In this document: positions 30,001 through 37,917 of the stretch, one piece after another
Numbering within the stretch: position 1 is the first letter of the stretch
Layout: every line of letters begins with the position of its first letter
NCBI GenBank assembly: GCA_035762565.1
Contig: DASTOJ010000128.1
Coordinates: 1,451 to 65,450, forward strand
Source of the DNA: Candidatus Methylomirabilota bacterium
GTDB taxonomy: Bacteria; Methylomirabilota; Methylomirabilia; Rokubacteriales; CSP1-6
Reading direction: 5' to 3'
DNA: 64,000 nucleotides
Made by a program: the position numbers and the translations under genes
Notes under the pieces: model-generated
What the model saw: the letters and a program-made list of their open reading frames with translations, nothing else
What the model was told of the DNA's origin: nothing
The model's database searches: none

Positions 30001-30355
30001 CGAGTACCGGATCGAGAAGTTTTCGGGCCTCTTCGGGATCACGGTCGGCGAGCAACCCCATCGAGCCCTTGAGGTCGGCGAAGAGCACCGTCACCTGCTT
30101 GCGCTCTCCCTCAAGAGCGGCCTTGGAGGTGAGGATCTTCTCGGCGAGATGCTTCGGAGTGTAGGACTGAGGGGAGGCGAACCGTGTCGGCCCGGTCCCG
30201 TGGCTGTCGGTCGGCTTCCCACATTCAAGGCAGAACTTGGCACCAACAGGCAGCTTGGTGCCGCACTGGGGGCAGGCGACGGCGAACCCGGCTCCGCACT
30301 CCAGACAGAACTTCGCTTGCGGCGGGTTCTCGTGCTGACACCGGGGACACTGCAT
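27008..30355 (-). CDS. multidomain signalling protein: double zinc ribbon, class III adenylate/guanylate cyclase, P-loop (STAND-like) ATPase and TPR array
   Basis: 1115 aa, preceded by an AGGAGG RBS. The N-terminus has CPRC..CLEC and CPQC..CLEC. The cyclase core is VTVLFADLKGS, MGDGIMALFGAP, RVGLNSGEVV and GQTTHLAARME. The Walker A motif is GEPGVGKS (aa 315-322, nt 29390-29413), and FEDLHW is Walker-B-like. The C-terminal ~400 aa are TPR-like helical repeats. Confidence 0.85.
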   Translation of the reverse strand: MQCPRCQHENPPQAKFCLECGAGFAVACPQCGTKLPVGAKFCLECGKPTDSHGTGPTRFASPQSYTPKHLAEKILTSKAALEGERKQVTVLFADLKGSMGLLADRDPEEARKLLDPVLERMMEAVHRYEGTVNQVMGDGIMALFGAPLAHEDHAVRACYAALRMQESVAQYADSIFRSQGVPIQIRVGLNSGEVVVRAIGSDLHMDYTAVGQTTHLAARMEQMATPGTILLAPATLQLAEGYVQVAARGPVAVKGLPDPVEIYALTGVSAQRTRLHAAAARGLTRFVGRDAEIEQIRRALALAQDGRGQLVAIVGEPGVGKSRLVYEFTHSHRTQEWLILEAGSVSYGKATSYLPVVDLFKAYFKLHERETHREIREKVTGKLLTLDRTLEPILPALLALLDVPVEDAHWQALDPAQRRQRTLDAVKHLLLRESQGQPLLVVFEDLHWIDAETQALLDGLVESLPTSRFLLLVNYRPEYQHGWGRKTYYTQLRLDALPPESAGELLGALLGADPGLEPLKRLLVKRGNPFFIEESIRTLVETGALTGERGAYRLTRPIQAIEVPATVQVILAARIDRLPAEDKQLLQTASVIGKDVPFVLLHAVAEAAEDAVHRGLAHLQAAEFLYETRLFPDPEYTFKHALTHEVTYGTLLQERRKTLHARIVGAIDRFYPDRLSEHVERLAHHAVRGEMWEQAVTYLRQAGVKALARSANREALSCFEQALTALEHLPETHERLELALDLRFDLRTALFPLGEFERIFGCLREAEGLARALDDQRRLAQLSVYLCHSLWMTGHPTEALAFGQNAQAIAESLGDVPLQVTGNLYLGAACFATGDYRRAEDLILKVLELLEGDLSRERFGQAGFPVVMARFILGWIFADRGKFEEGIAHGQEGIRLAEALDHPYSLAAICTPLAYLHIARGELSHAVPLLERGVALSREWDLTFISAQNTGILGYAYALSGRVAEGIPLLEHALSANETMGFAAYQPFFLVYLGEAYVLADRLEDALAFAGRALTLARERGQRGYEAWALRLLGEVAAHRDPPEHADGHYRDALALAEEAGMRPLIAHCHLGLGKLRRHTGKPEQVREHLAAATTLYREMDMRFWLEQAEAEMGA

Positions 30356-30612
30356 GCCGGGGGCCTCCTGGGCAGCCGGACCGATCTGCGACGCGGACGA
30401 GTGAGCCGACCCTAGCCGGAGACTCTCTGAGGGTCAAGGATCGTCGATCCGGCCGTGGAATGCGCGGGTTTACGAGTAGTGGTTGGATTTCTGATGACTT
30501 TCACCACGGGCTGCTAGGCCGGCGTGGTAAGCCGTTGCGATATGGGCGATGACGCTGTCGATGGTCCATCCTTGCGGCGCTCATATTGCCCGGCTGAACT
30601 CGGCCACGGGGA

Positions 30613-31128
30613 TCATGTGCCGGCCTCCTCGTCCAGGACGGCGCGAATATCCCGGAGCGTCACCATCAGCGTCATTGGCTCGCGGGGGCTGGGGTCAAAG
30701 CCGGCCGCGAGATAGAAGCTCTTGGCCTCATCGGAGATCGCGTGGACGACAATGCCACGGATGCCGATAGCATCGGCGGCATTGGTCACCCGCAGCGCGG
30801 CGTCGCGGAACAAGGCGCGGCCGATGCCCTGACCGCGCCAGGCCCGGTCCACGGCGAGGCGAGCCAGTACGGCGACCGGGATGGGATCCGGCATGTTCCG
30901 CCTGAACCGGCCGGTGGCGGTGTCCATGGTGACGGCGCCTGAAGCGAGAGCGTAGTAGGCGATTACGCGGTTGTCATCCGAGACCACGTACGTTCGGCTG
31001 GCGCCGCTGACTTGGTTGGCGCGCGCCCGGCGTTTGAGCCAGTCGTCCAGGGAGGGCTCGCCGGAATCGAAATCCCTAAGTTCGTGATGGTCCGCCAGCG
31101 GCTCGGGTGGTGACAGCGCCCCCTTCAT
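30613..31128 (-). CDS. GNAT acetyltransferase toxin (TacT/AtaT/KacT-like)
   Basis: 171 aa. DFDSGEPSLDDWL is typical of DUF1778-associated GNAT toxins, and the acetyl-CoA loop is RGQGIGRAL. Its ATG overlaps the antitoxin stop (ATGA). Confidence 0.8.
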   Translation of the reverse strand: MKGALSPPEPLADHHELRDFDSGEPSLDDWLKRRARANQVSGASRTYVVSDDNRVIAYYALASGAVTMDTATGRFRRNMPDPIPVAVLARLAVDRAWRGQGIGRALFRDAALRVTNAADAIGIRGIVVHAISDEAKSFYLAAGFDPSPREPMTLMVTLRDIRAVLDEEAGT

Positions 31129-31406
31129 TCAGCCCAGGGCGGCGGAGTGCGGAGCGTGCGGCGCAGCCGGTTATTCGGGCGCGGCGGGGCATCGAGCCGC
31201 GCCAGGAAGTTGCTATAGGCCTTGGGATCGACCGCGAAGATCGTGCGGTCGAGAAGCGCGTCCTCCGCGGCATGCCGGGCGGCGTCGAGCACGAAGTCCG
31301 TTCGGTTCTTGCCCCGCAGGCGCGCCGCGCGGTCGATCAGGCCGCGCAGCTCGGGCTTGACCCGGATGTTCAGCGTGTCGCGCTTGGCGCCGTGTTCCGT
31401 GGCCAT
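31125..31406 (-). CDS. DUF1778 ribbon-helix-helix antitoxin (TacA/AtaR-like)
   Basis: The sequence runs MATEHGAKRDTLNIRVKPELRGLIDRAARLRGKNRTDFVLDAARHAAEDALLDR. It is preceded by a GGAGGA RBS. Confidence 0.8.
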   Translation of the reverse strand: MATEHGAKRDTLNIRVKPELRGLIDRAARLRGKNRTDFVLDAARHAAEDALLDRTIFAVDPKAYSNFLARLDAPPRPNNRLRRTLRTPPPWAE

Positions 31407-31433
31407 GAAGTCCTCCAGTCGCATCAGTATATC

Positions 31434-31452
31434 GTAATGACCTTGTCATTAC
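31434..31452. promoter_or_regulatory. perfect palindrome, candidate TacA operator overlapping a -10-like box
   Basis: GTAATGAC-ctt-GTCATTAC lies 28-46 nt upstream of the antitoxin ATG (31406). On the coding (minus) strand, TATACT follows immediately downstream of the palindrome. Confidence 0.45.
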
Positions 31453-31686
31453 ACACCCAAGAGGTGATGAGCGAATCTCGGGAATGATGACGACGGTCGG
31501 TGAGGAGCGGCGGAGTTGACACAAAGCTGAACGGAAGTGCCTACCAGAGTGGCGCGAGGCGTTGGGGTCAGCTGGGCCGGGTCCGTCTGCTCGAGAATCT
31601 CAGTGACCGATTCGTCTGATCAGCGAGCAATGAAATCGTGTACTCGAATTATGTAAGTTCGATCGCCTCCCGTTGGGGCCCGTCAC

Positions 31687-32883
31687 TCACTCGGCATCCG
31701 CACCGCTTTGTCCTCGTCGAATGACACCGCGCGCTTCAGCCGCGGCGGCCGGATGCTCGTGTGGACCTGAGAAGCGCTGACGACGCTGCGGCGCGATGTC
31801 GAAGCTCTGGCCGCCGTGCGCGACCCTGACGCGCAGGTTGCCGGGCGTGCGCACGCCGACCTCGACGCTGCCCCGGTAGGTTCCGGGCGTGGAGGTCGAG
31901 CCGAGCCGCGCCTCCAGGTCGCTGCCGTCCGGCATCCAGCCGTGAAGCGACACCTCGGCATCCGTCAGCGGGCGGCCACTGGCATCCAAGACGTGCGCGG
32001 TGTAGGTGATGCTCCGCTCGTTGCCCTTCCCCTGCGGTTCGGTTTCGAGCACGACGCGTGGCGGACCAGGTGCCACGGCCGTGGCCGGCGCCACGGCAGG
32101 CGCCGTCGGCGCTTCGCTCGCGGGCGCTGACTCGCGCGCGGGGGTCGTGACGGAGGCCACCGCCGGCCGTGATGCCTCCGCGCGCGACGGGGCGGACGGT
32201 TGCGGCGTCGGCTTCGGCGGCGCCGCGGCGGGCGTGCGGCGCATGGGCGGCTCGGCCGGCGCTGGCGGCCGGTCCGCCAGCACGCGCGCGACGACCGCGG
32301 GCTCCGGCGTGCTGGCGACGGGGGCCACGGAATCGGCCTCGGGCTCGGGCGGGACGACCACCGGCGCCGGAGGGGCGGCGACCGTTGGCGGGCTCGCCAC
32401 CATGGCGGTCTGCGTGGGTGCGCTGGCCATGCCAGACTCCGCGCCGCGCAGGACTACCCGCCGATCCGCGCGAGTCGAGGACTGCGCAGCCATGAGCACG
32501 GCCGAGACGGCGAGCGCCCCCAGCCTCACGACGGTCCCGGTCGCCGGACGGGCCTCCCACGCCGATCGCCCCCGCTCGCCCGCCCATCCAGCCGCGGACT
32601 TCCACAGCAGAAGGGCCTTGCGCGACGCCGGAAGCTTCTCCGGAGCCACGTTCCCGTTCTCGTCGAGGATCACGTAACCTTGGGTCTGCAGGGCCTCATC
32701 GACCGCGGAGTGCCTCCGGCGCTCCACCCCCAGGGGAGCGCCTCGAGGAGGAGACGCCGGCCGACGGCGATCGACGACAATCTCCATCCGATCGGGCCCT
32801 TCGAGCTCGCGCTCGAAGGCCACGATCAGATAGCCGTACAGCATGAGCGCGCTGCGAGCAACGATGCAGAGACGTTTCATCAA
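31687..32883 (-). CDS. hypothetical bitopic membrane protein (cytoplasmic N-domain, one TM helix, Pro/Ala-rich linker, C-terminal beta-sandwich-like domain)
   Basis: 398 aa. The N-terminus is MKRLCIVARSALMLYGYLIVAFERELEGPDRMEIVVDRRR, and the TM helix lies at about aa 118-134 (VVRLGALAVSAVLMAAQ). A ~150-aa P/A/T/S-rich spacer follows. The C-terminus (ITYTAHVLDASGRPLTDAEVSLHGWMPDG...GTYRGSVEV...NLRVRV) resembles YtkA/FixH-type Ig-like domains. Confidence 0.5.
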   Translation of the reverse strand: MMKRLCIVARSALMLYGYLIVAFERELEGPDRMEIVVDRRRPASPPRGAPLGVERRRHSAVDEALQTQGYVILDENGNVAPEKLPASRKALLLWKSAAGWAGERGRSAWEARPATGTVVRLGALAVSAVLMAAQSSTRADRRVVLRGAESGMASAPTQTAMVASPPTVAAPPAPVVVPPEPEADSVAPVASTPEPAVVARVLADRPPAPAEPPMRRTPAAAPPKPTPQPSAPSRAEASRPAVASVTTPARESAPASEAPTAPAVAPATAVAPGPPRVVLETEPQGKGNERSITYTAHVLDASGRPLTDAEVSLHGWMPDGSDLEARLGSTSTPGTYRGSVEVGVRTPGNLRVRVAHGGQSFDIAPQRRQRFSGPHEHPAAAAEARGVIRRGQSGADAE

Positions 32884-33048
32884 GCCATGCCTCGATCTGT
32901 CCTACCCTCTCACGACGGCGGAAACCCGCCCGGACGGCCTGCACCATCTTACCCCCCGCGACCCCCGGGGAAATCGCTCCCCCAGGTCGTGCCCGCCACC
33001 CTGGACTGCACCAGGACAGCTGGATCATGTGCGACACAGTCTTGTCGG

Positions 33049-34500
33049 TCACCCCGCCTGGTGTATCGGAAACGCCGGCGGGATGATGCGCTCGACGCCA
33101 GCCCCGTCCCACCGCCAGGTCGCCACGTTGCTCCAGTAGTGCCGCGTAGCCTCGCGCGCCTTCGCGTAGACCTCCTCCTCGTCCACCCGCGTGAGACGGC
33201 CGTCCTGCACCAGCACCTTGCCGTCCACGATGACAGTGTGGACGTCCCGCCCGCTGCCGGCGTCGACCAGGGCCTTGATCGGGTCGGCGTAGACCAACGA
33301 GCCCAGGCGGTCGAGGTCGATCAGCAGGATGTCGGCCTTGGCGCCCGGCGCCAGGCGGCCGAGGTCGTCGCGGCGGAGGAAGCGACAGCCGCCCAGCGTG
33401 GCGGCGTTGAAGACGTCGCGGTGCTGGCCGGCCTGGTAGTTGCCATCGGTCACCTTGGCCAGCAGCGAGGCCAGGCGCAGCTCGGCGACGATGTCCATCG
33501 GGTAGGTGTCGGTGCCGATCGACAGCGTGACGCCGGCGTCCAGGTAGCGCTGGAACGAGTGCAGGGTCATCGCCATCTTCGCGTACTTGTGCGGGCAGTG
33601 CCCGATGGTGGCGCCGCGCTCGGCGAGCAGGCGGACATCGTCGCCGAACGGATGGGCCGTCCACGGGTGGCCGGCGGTGAAGACGCCGTGGCCGATGAGC
33701 GTCCGGTCGTCGAGGAAATCGATGTCGGCCAGGAAGCGGATGGGCGTCTTGCGATACTCGGCCATGATCTGCTGGAACTCGATCATGTTGCCGCCGGCGT
33801 GGGTGTGGATGGGCACGTCCAGCTCGCGGGCGGCGTCCTTGCCCTCGCGGAGCAGGCGCTCGGTGCACGTCTCCACCTGGGCGGCGTTGAGCATGCCGCG
33901 CAGCCGGCCCTGGGCGGACTTGTCGAAGCTCTTGACGAAGCCCACGGCCTCCTCGAGGCGCTCGCGGCCGACCACCGGATCCTCCTCGTAGGTCAGCCGG
34001 CCCTGCGCGTCCATGTACGTGTCGCGGTCGCGGAACGGCGGGCTGCCGTAGACGCGCACGCCCAGCTCGTCCACCAGCCTGGCGTAGCCGTCCCAGTCGC
34101 CTCGCAGGCCGCCCACGTCGATGAGCGTGGTGGTGCCGTTGCGGAGCGCGTGGAGGAACACGAACGTCCGGAGGGCGGCGACGGCCGGCGGGCGCGGTGG
34201 CGTCATCTTGCCCTTGAGCGGCGCCGCGAAGCTCATGTAGTTCGAGGTCCGGTAGTCGTTCCTGGCCATGTCGAGCAGCAGGTAGTCGCCGGCGTTGCCG
34301 GCCGTGTGGACGTGCGTGTTGATGAAGCCCGGTGAGACGAGCTTGCCGGTGGCGCTGAGGCGGGTGTCGGCCGGGCCGACGTAGGCGGAGCCGGCGTGGA
34401 CGATCCGGTCGCCCTCGAAGACCACGCTGCCCCGCTCGTACACCTCGTGGCTCTGGCCGGTGAAGGCCACGACCCACCCGCCCTCGATGTGCGTCCGCAT
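33049..34500 (-). CDS. amidohydrolase (TRZ/ATZ / SsnA / aminohydrolase family)
   Basis: 483 aa. The metal ligands are GFINTHVHTAGN (HxH), VPIHTHAGG, GHG/HCP and the terminal SIGTDT Asp. Confidence 0.85.
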   Translation of the reverse strand: MRTHIEGGWVVAFTGQSHEVYERGSVVFEGDRIVHAGSAYVGPADTRLSATGKLVSPGFINTHVHTAGNAGDYLLLDMARNDYRTSNYMSFAAPLKGKMTPPRPPAVAALRTFVFLHALRNGTTTLIDVGGLRGDWDGYARLVDELGVRVYGSPPFRDRDTYMDAQGRLTYEEDPVVGRERLEEAVGFVKSFDKSAQGRLRGMLNAAQVETCTERLLREGKDAARELDVPIHTHAGGNMIEFQQIMAEYRKTPIRFLADIDFLDDRTLIGHGVFTAGHPWTAHPFGDDVRLLAERGATIGHCPHKYAKMAMTLHSFQRYLDAGVTLSIGTDTYPMDIVAELRLASLLAKVTDGNYQAGQHRDVFNAATLGGCRFLRRDDLGRLAPGAKADILLIDLDRLGSLVYADPIKALVDAGSGRDVHTVIVDGKVLVQDGRLTRVDEEEVYAKAREATRHYWSNVATWRWDGAGVERIIPPAFPIHQAG

Positions 34501-34647
34501 ATCGCTCGGTCTCCTCTTGGCGGGGGATTATACTCGTCAGCCGGACGATGGCATCCGAACCCCCGAAGTGCTGCGCGGCGCGGGCTTCGATCAGGCGGAG
34601 ATCGACCGCTTGCTCGGCGCCGGCGTGATCGTGCAAGCCAGGCCGCG

Positions 34648-34950
34648 ATGACCGAGCTGACGGGCAAGCAGCGCCGACACCTGCGCGCGCTCGGCCAGCG
34701 GCTCAGCCCGACGCTGCACGTGGGACACGAGGGCGTGAGCGAGGCGGTCCTGCGGCAGACCGACGCCCAGCTCGAGGCGCACGAGTTGATCAAGGTGCGG
34801 GTCGGCGAGAACGCGCCCGAGGACCGTCACGCGACGGCCGAGGCTCTGGCGCGCCTCACGCGCGCGCGCCTGGCCCAGGTGATCGGCCGCACCGCGCTGC
34901 TCTATCGGCGGCGGAGACAGGAGCCCACGATCGTCCTGCCGGATCGCTAG
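34648..34950 (+). CDS. yhbY: CRM-domain RNA-binding protein YhbY
   Basis: The sequence LTGKQRRHLRALGQRLSPTLHVGHEGVSEAVLRQTDAQLEAHELIKVRV...VIGRTALLYRR matches the YhbY pattern. Length is 100 aa. Confidence 0.8.
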   Translation: MTELTGKQRRHLRALGQRLSPTLHVGHEGVSEAVLRQTDAQLEAHELIKVRVGENAPEDRHATAEALARLTRARLAQVIGRTALLYRRRRQEPTIVLPDR

Positions 34951-35249
34951 GCTGAACGCCTGAGCGCCTCGACGTGTGCGCTCCGGAGCGCGGCGATGCG
35001 CGCGCGGAGCGGCGCCACCAGCGCGTCGCCGCGCTCGAGGTCGATGCCTACGAGTGTCTCCCGGCAGGGCGGGCACAGGACGTCGACGACGGTCACTCGC
35101 CACCTGCCGCCCTCCACCTCGTGGAGACGGCGTTCGAGCATGTCGAGCTGATCGAGCATCTCCGCGTGCTTCCGCATGGCTGCCGGTTGCGCCTCGGCGC
35201 CCATGAGTGAACCGCACATCGGACATTCGCCGTGGTCATGGTGCTCCAT
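34947..35249 (-). CDS. hypothetical metal-binding protein (HHDH, CPMC ... CPPC)
   Basis: 100 aa from MEHHDHGECPMCG. A second Cys pair (CPPC) lies 49 residues later, and the remainder is helical. It is the last ORF of the liv-type operon. No family was recognised. Confidence 0.4.
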   Translation of the reverse strand: MEHHDHGECPMCGSLMGAEAQPAAMRKHAEMLDQLDMLERRLHEVEGGRWRVTVVDVLCPPCRETLVGIDLERGDALVAPLRARIAALRSAHVEALRRSA

Positions 35250-35335
35250 GCCCGACCTCCCGGCATTCGAGCGGTGCACACGCGGTGCCAGGCAGCGGGC
35301 GGGATGGCGGCATCCTGCCGCTGGCAGCCGCCGGC

Positions 35336-36346
35336 TCACCCCGGCGGCGGCTCGTCGAGTCGGACCCGGCGCTGCACCGGGAAGAAGCGCAGGTCCCAGC
35401 GCTCGGCCACCAGCCCCCAGAGCCCCTGCGGGTAGCGCATCATGACGACCACGGCCAGCGCGCCCAGCAGGATCATGTACCAGGCCCCGTGGTCGGCCAG
35501 CAGCTCGCGCAGGAGGAAGAAGACGACCGTGCCGACGACGGGGCCCTCCAGCGTGCCAAGGCCGCCGATGACCACGATGAAGACGGTCGAGGCCGTCCAG
35601 TTGATGGAGAAGGCGGCGTCGGGCGAGATCCGCAGCAGGTTGAGGTAGATCAGCGCGCCGGTGACACCGGTGCCGAAGGCCGCCACGAGGTAGACGAGCA
35701 GCTTGGCGCGGAAGACGTCCACCCCGAGGCCCTCGGAGGCCGGCTCGCTGTCGCGCACGGCCATGAGGCCCAACCCCCGCCGCGAGCGCAGGTACACGTA
35801 GACGGCGGCCACCGCGCCCACGCCGACCGCCAGCGCGATCGCGTACGTCACCAGCTCGCGGGTTTCCCGCGCCAGCGGAAACACCGCCCGCAGCGTGCGC
35901 CCGGTGCCCCGGCCGAGGGCGTCGCTGTTGGCGATCAGCAGCCGGTAGACCTCGGCCACCGCCCAGGTGCCGACCGCGAAGTAGGCGTCGCGGAACCGGA
36001 ACACGAGCGCCGCCGTCGGCAGCGCGAAGCCCGCGGCGATGAGCCCGGCCAGCGGGACGGCGAGGAACGGGTTCACGCCAAGATCGTCGGCCAGCACGAT
36101 CAGCGCGTAGCCGCCGAGGCCGACGTAGGCCTGCTGGCCGATGGAGACGAGGCCGGCGTAGCCGGCGAGCAGGTTCCACATCTGTGCCAGCACCAGCAGC
36201 GCGATCAGCTCCACGATCGCCCGCATGAGCCCGGCGTCGCCGAGCCAGGGCAGGGCGATGAGGCCGGTCAGGACGACGGCGGCAGCGCCGGCGCCGACCC
36301 GGCTGGCGCGCGTGGTGCGCTCGACCGTGACGCCGGCGGGCGTCAA
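35336..36346 (-). CDS. branched-chain-amino-acid-type ABC permease (LivM-like)
   Basis: The TTG start overlaps the livH-like stop (TTGA). It is a typical LivM body (NLLAGYAGLVSIGQQAY, SEPASEGLGVDV). Confidence 0.8.
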   Translation of the reverse strand: MTPAGVTVERTTRASRVGAGAAAVVLTGLIALPWLGDAGLMRAIVELIALLVLAQMWNLLAGYAGLVSIGQQAYVGLGGYALIVLADDLGVNPFLAVPLAGLIAAGFALPTAALVFRFRDAYFAVGTWAVAEVYRLLIANSDALGRGTGRTLRAVFPLARETRELVTYAIALAVGVGAVAAVYVYLRSRRGLGLMAVRDSEPASEGLGVDVFRAKLLVYLVAAFGTGVTGALIYLNLLRISPDAAFSINWTASTVFIVVIGGLGTLEGPVVGTVVFFLLRELLADHGAWYMILLGALAVVVMMRYPQGLWGLVAERWDLRFFPVQRRVRLDEPPPG

Positions 36347-37215
36347 TCCACGCGCCGCGACCGCGCGAAGAGGCCGGCCGGCCGGAAGAGCAGCACGAGG
36401 AGGAACACGAGGTGGCCGGCGAGCACGCCCCAGCCGGGCGACAGGCGGGCGCCGGTGGTCTGGGCGACGCCGAGGATGACGCCCCCGGCCAGCGTGCCCC
36501 ACAGCGAGCCGAGCCCGCCGATGATCACCGCCTCGAAGGCAAACAGCAGCCGGTCGGGCCCGCTGGCGAACGTGAACGTGGTGCGGATGCCCAGGAAGAT
36601 GCCGGCCACCGCCACGATCGCCAGCGACAGCGCCATGGCCAGCGCGTAGAGCCGGCCGTTGTCGATGCCCATCAGCGCCGCCGTGGCGCCGTCGTCGGAG
36701 GCCGCGCGGAAGGCGCGGCCGACCGAGGAGCGGCCGATCAGCAGCTGCAGCCCGACCAGCAGCACGACGGCGACCCCGAAGGTCAGGAGCGGAAACGTCC
36801 CGACCGCCAGGCCGCCTCCCAGCGGCAGGCTGGCCGTCTCGATGCCGCCCGGGTTCAGGCGCCGCGAGTCGGCGGAGAACGTCTCCAGCAGCCCGTTCTG
36901 GATCACGATCGACAGGCCGAACGTCACCAGCACGGCCGGCAGGATGCCGCGCCCCAGCAGCCGGTTCAGCACGAGCCGCTGCAGGGCGTAGCCGATCCCC
37001 GCCATGAGCGGCGCCACTGCCAGCAGCGCGAGCAGCGGGTTGAGGCCGAGGGCCTGCACCACCACGACGGCCAGGAACGCGGCCAGGATGCTGAAGTCGC
37101 CGTGGGCGAGGTTGACGAGCCGCATGACCCCGAACGTCAGCGACAGCCCGGTGGCGAAGAGCGCGTAGAGCCCGCCGAGCAGCACACCCTGGACGACGCT
37201 GTCCAGCCAGGCCAC
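36343..37215 (-). CDS. branched-chain-amino-acid-type ABC permease (LivH-like)
   Basis: 290 aa, with MRLVNLAHGDF and AASDDGATAALMGI motifs. Confidence 0.85.
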   Translation of the reverse strand: MAWLDSVVQGVLLGGLYALFATGLSLTFGVMRLVNLAHGDFSILAAFLAVVVVQALGLNPLLALLAVAPLMAGIGYALQRLVLNRLLGRGILPAVLVTFGLSIVIQNGLLETFSADSRRLNPGGIETASLPLGGGLAVGTFPLLTFGVAVVLLVGLQLLIGRSSVGRAFRAASDDGATAALMGIDNGRLYALAMALSLAIVAVAGIFLGIRTTFTFASGPDRLLFAFEAVIIGGLGSLWGTLAGGVILGVAQTTGARLSPGWGVLAGHLVFLLVLLFRPAGLFARSRRVD

Positions 37216-37218
37216 GGC

Positions 37219-37917
37219 TCAGGTCCCGAAGTAGGCGGCCGAGATCTCGGCGCGGGTGAGCCGGGCCGGCTCGCCTTCGAGCGCGACGACGCCCTTGCGG
37301 AAGCAGTAGACGCGCTCGGCCACCGCCAGCACCTGGCTCACGTCCTGCTCGACCACGAGCAGCGCCACGCCCTCCGCGTTGACCGCGCGCAGCACCTCGT
37401 AGAGGTGCCGCACCACCAGCGGCGCCAGCCCCAGCGAGATCTCGTCCACCAGCAGCAGGCGAGGGTTGGCCATCAGGCCGCGGCCGATGGCGAGCATCTG
37501 CTGCTCGCCGCCCGAGAGGTTGGTGCCTGGCTGATCACGCCGCTCGCTGAGAACGGGGAACAGGCGGTGAACGCGCTCGAGGGTCCACGGGCCCGGGCGG
37601 CCGCGATAGGCGCCGACCAGCAGGTTCTCTTGCACCGTGAGGCTCGGGAAGATCTTCCGTCCCTCCGGCACCAGCACGATGCCGAGGTCGACGAGCGCGT
37701 GGGCCGGCCGGCCGCCGACCGGCCGACCGTCGAGCTCGACGGCGCCGGCCGGGACCGGCAGCGCCCCGACCAGCGCCCGCAGGCAGGTCGACTTGCCGGC
37801 GCCGTTGGCGCCGATCACCGCGACGGTCCGGCCCTCGGCGACCTCCAGCGAGACGTCGAAGAGCGCCTGGAAGTCGCCGTAGAAGGCCGACAGCCCCCGC
37901 ACGCGCAGCAGCGTCAC
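37219..37917 (-). CDS. ABC transporter ATP-binding protein (LivF-like)
   Basis: The GTG start overlaps the upstream stop (GTGA). It has Walker A GANGAGKS, the signature LSGGEQQ and Walker B LLLVDE. Confidence 0.85.
   Translation of the reverse strand: MTLLRVRGLSAFYGDFQALFDVSLEVAEGRTVAVIGANGAGKSTCLRALVGALPVPAGAVELDGRPVGGRPAHALVDLGIVLVPEGRKIFPSLTVQENLLVGAYRGRPGPWTLERVHRLFPVLSERRDQPGTNLSGGEQQMLAIGRGLMANPRLLLVDEISLGLAPLVVRHLYEVLRAVNAEGVALLVVEQDVSQVLAVAERVYCFRKGVVALEGEPARLTRAEISAAYFGT

Noticed and set aside
30579-30581. The in-frame TGA in the mini-ORF after the GNAT toxin read as selenocysteine or programmed read-through.
   Set aside because: No SECIS-like hairpin is evident immediately downstream, and no selenoprotein context exists. 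A decayed ORF or chance is more parsimonious.
32100-32430. The Pro/Ala-rich coding stretch read as a tandem DNA repeat or collagen-like repeat.
   Set aside because: No exact or periodic nucleotide repeat unit is present. It is compositional low complexity typical of linker regions.
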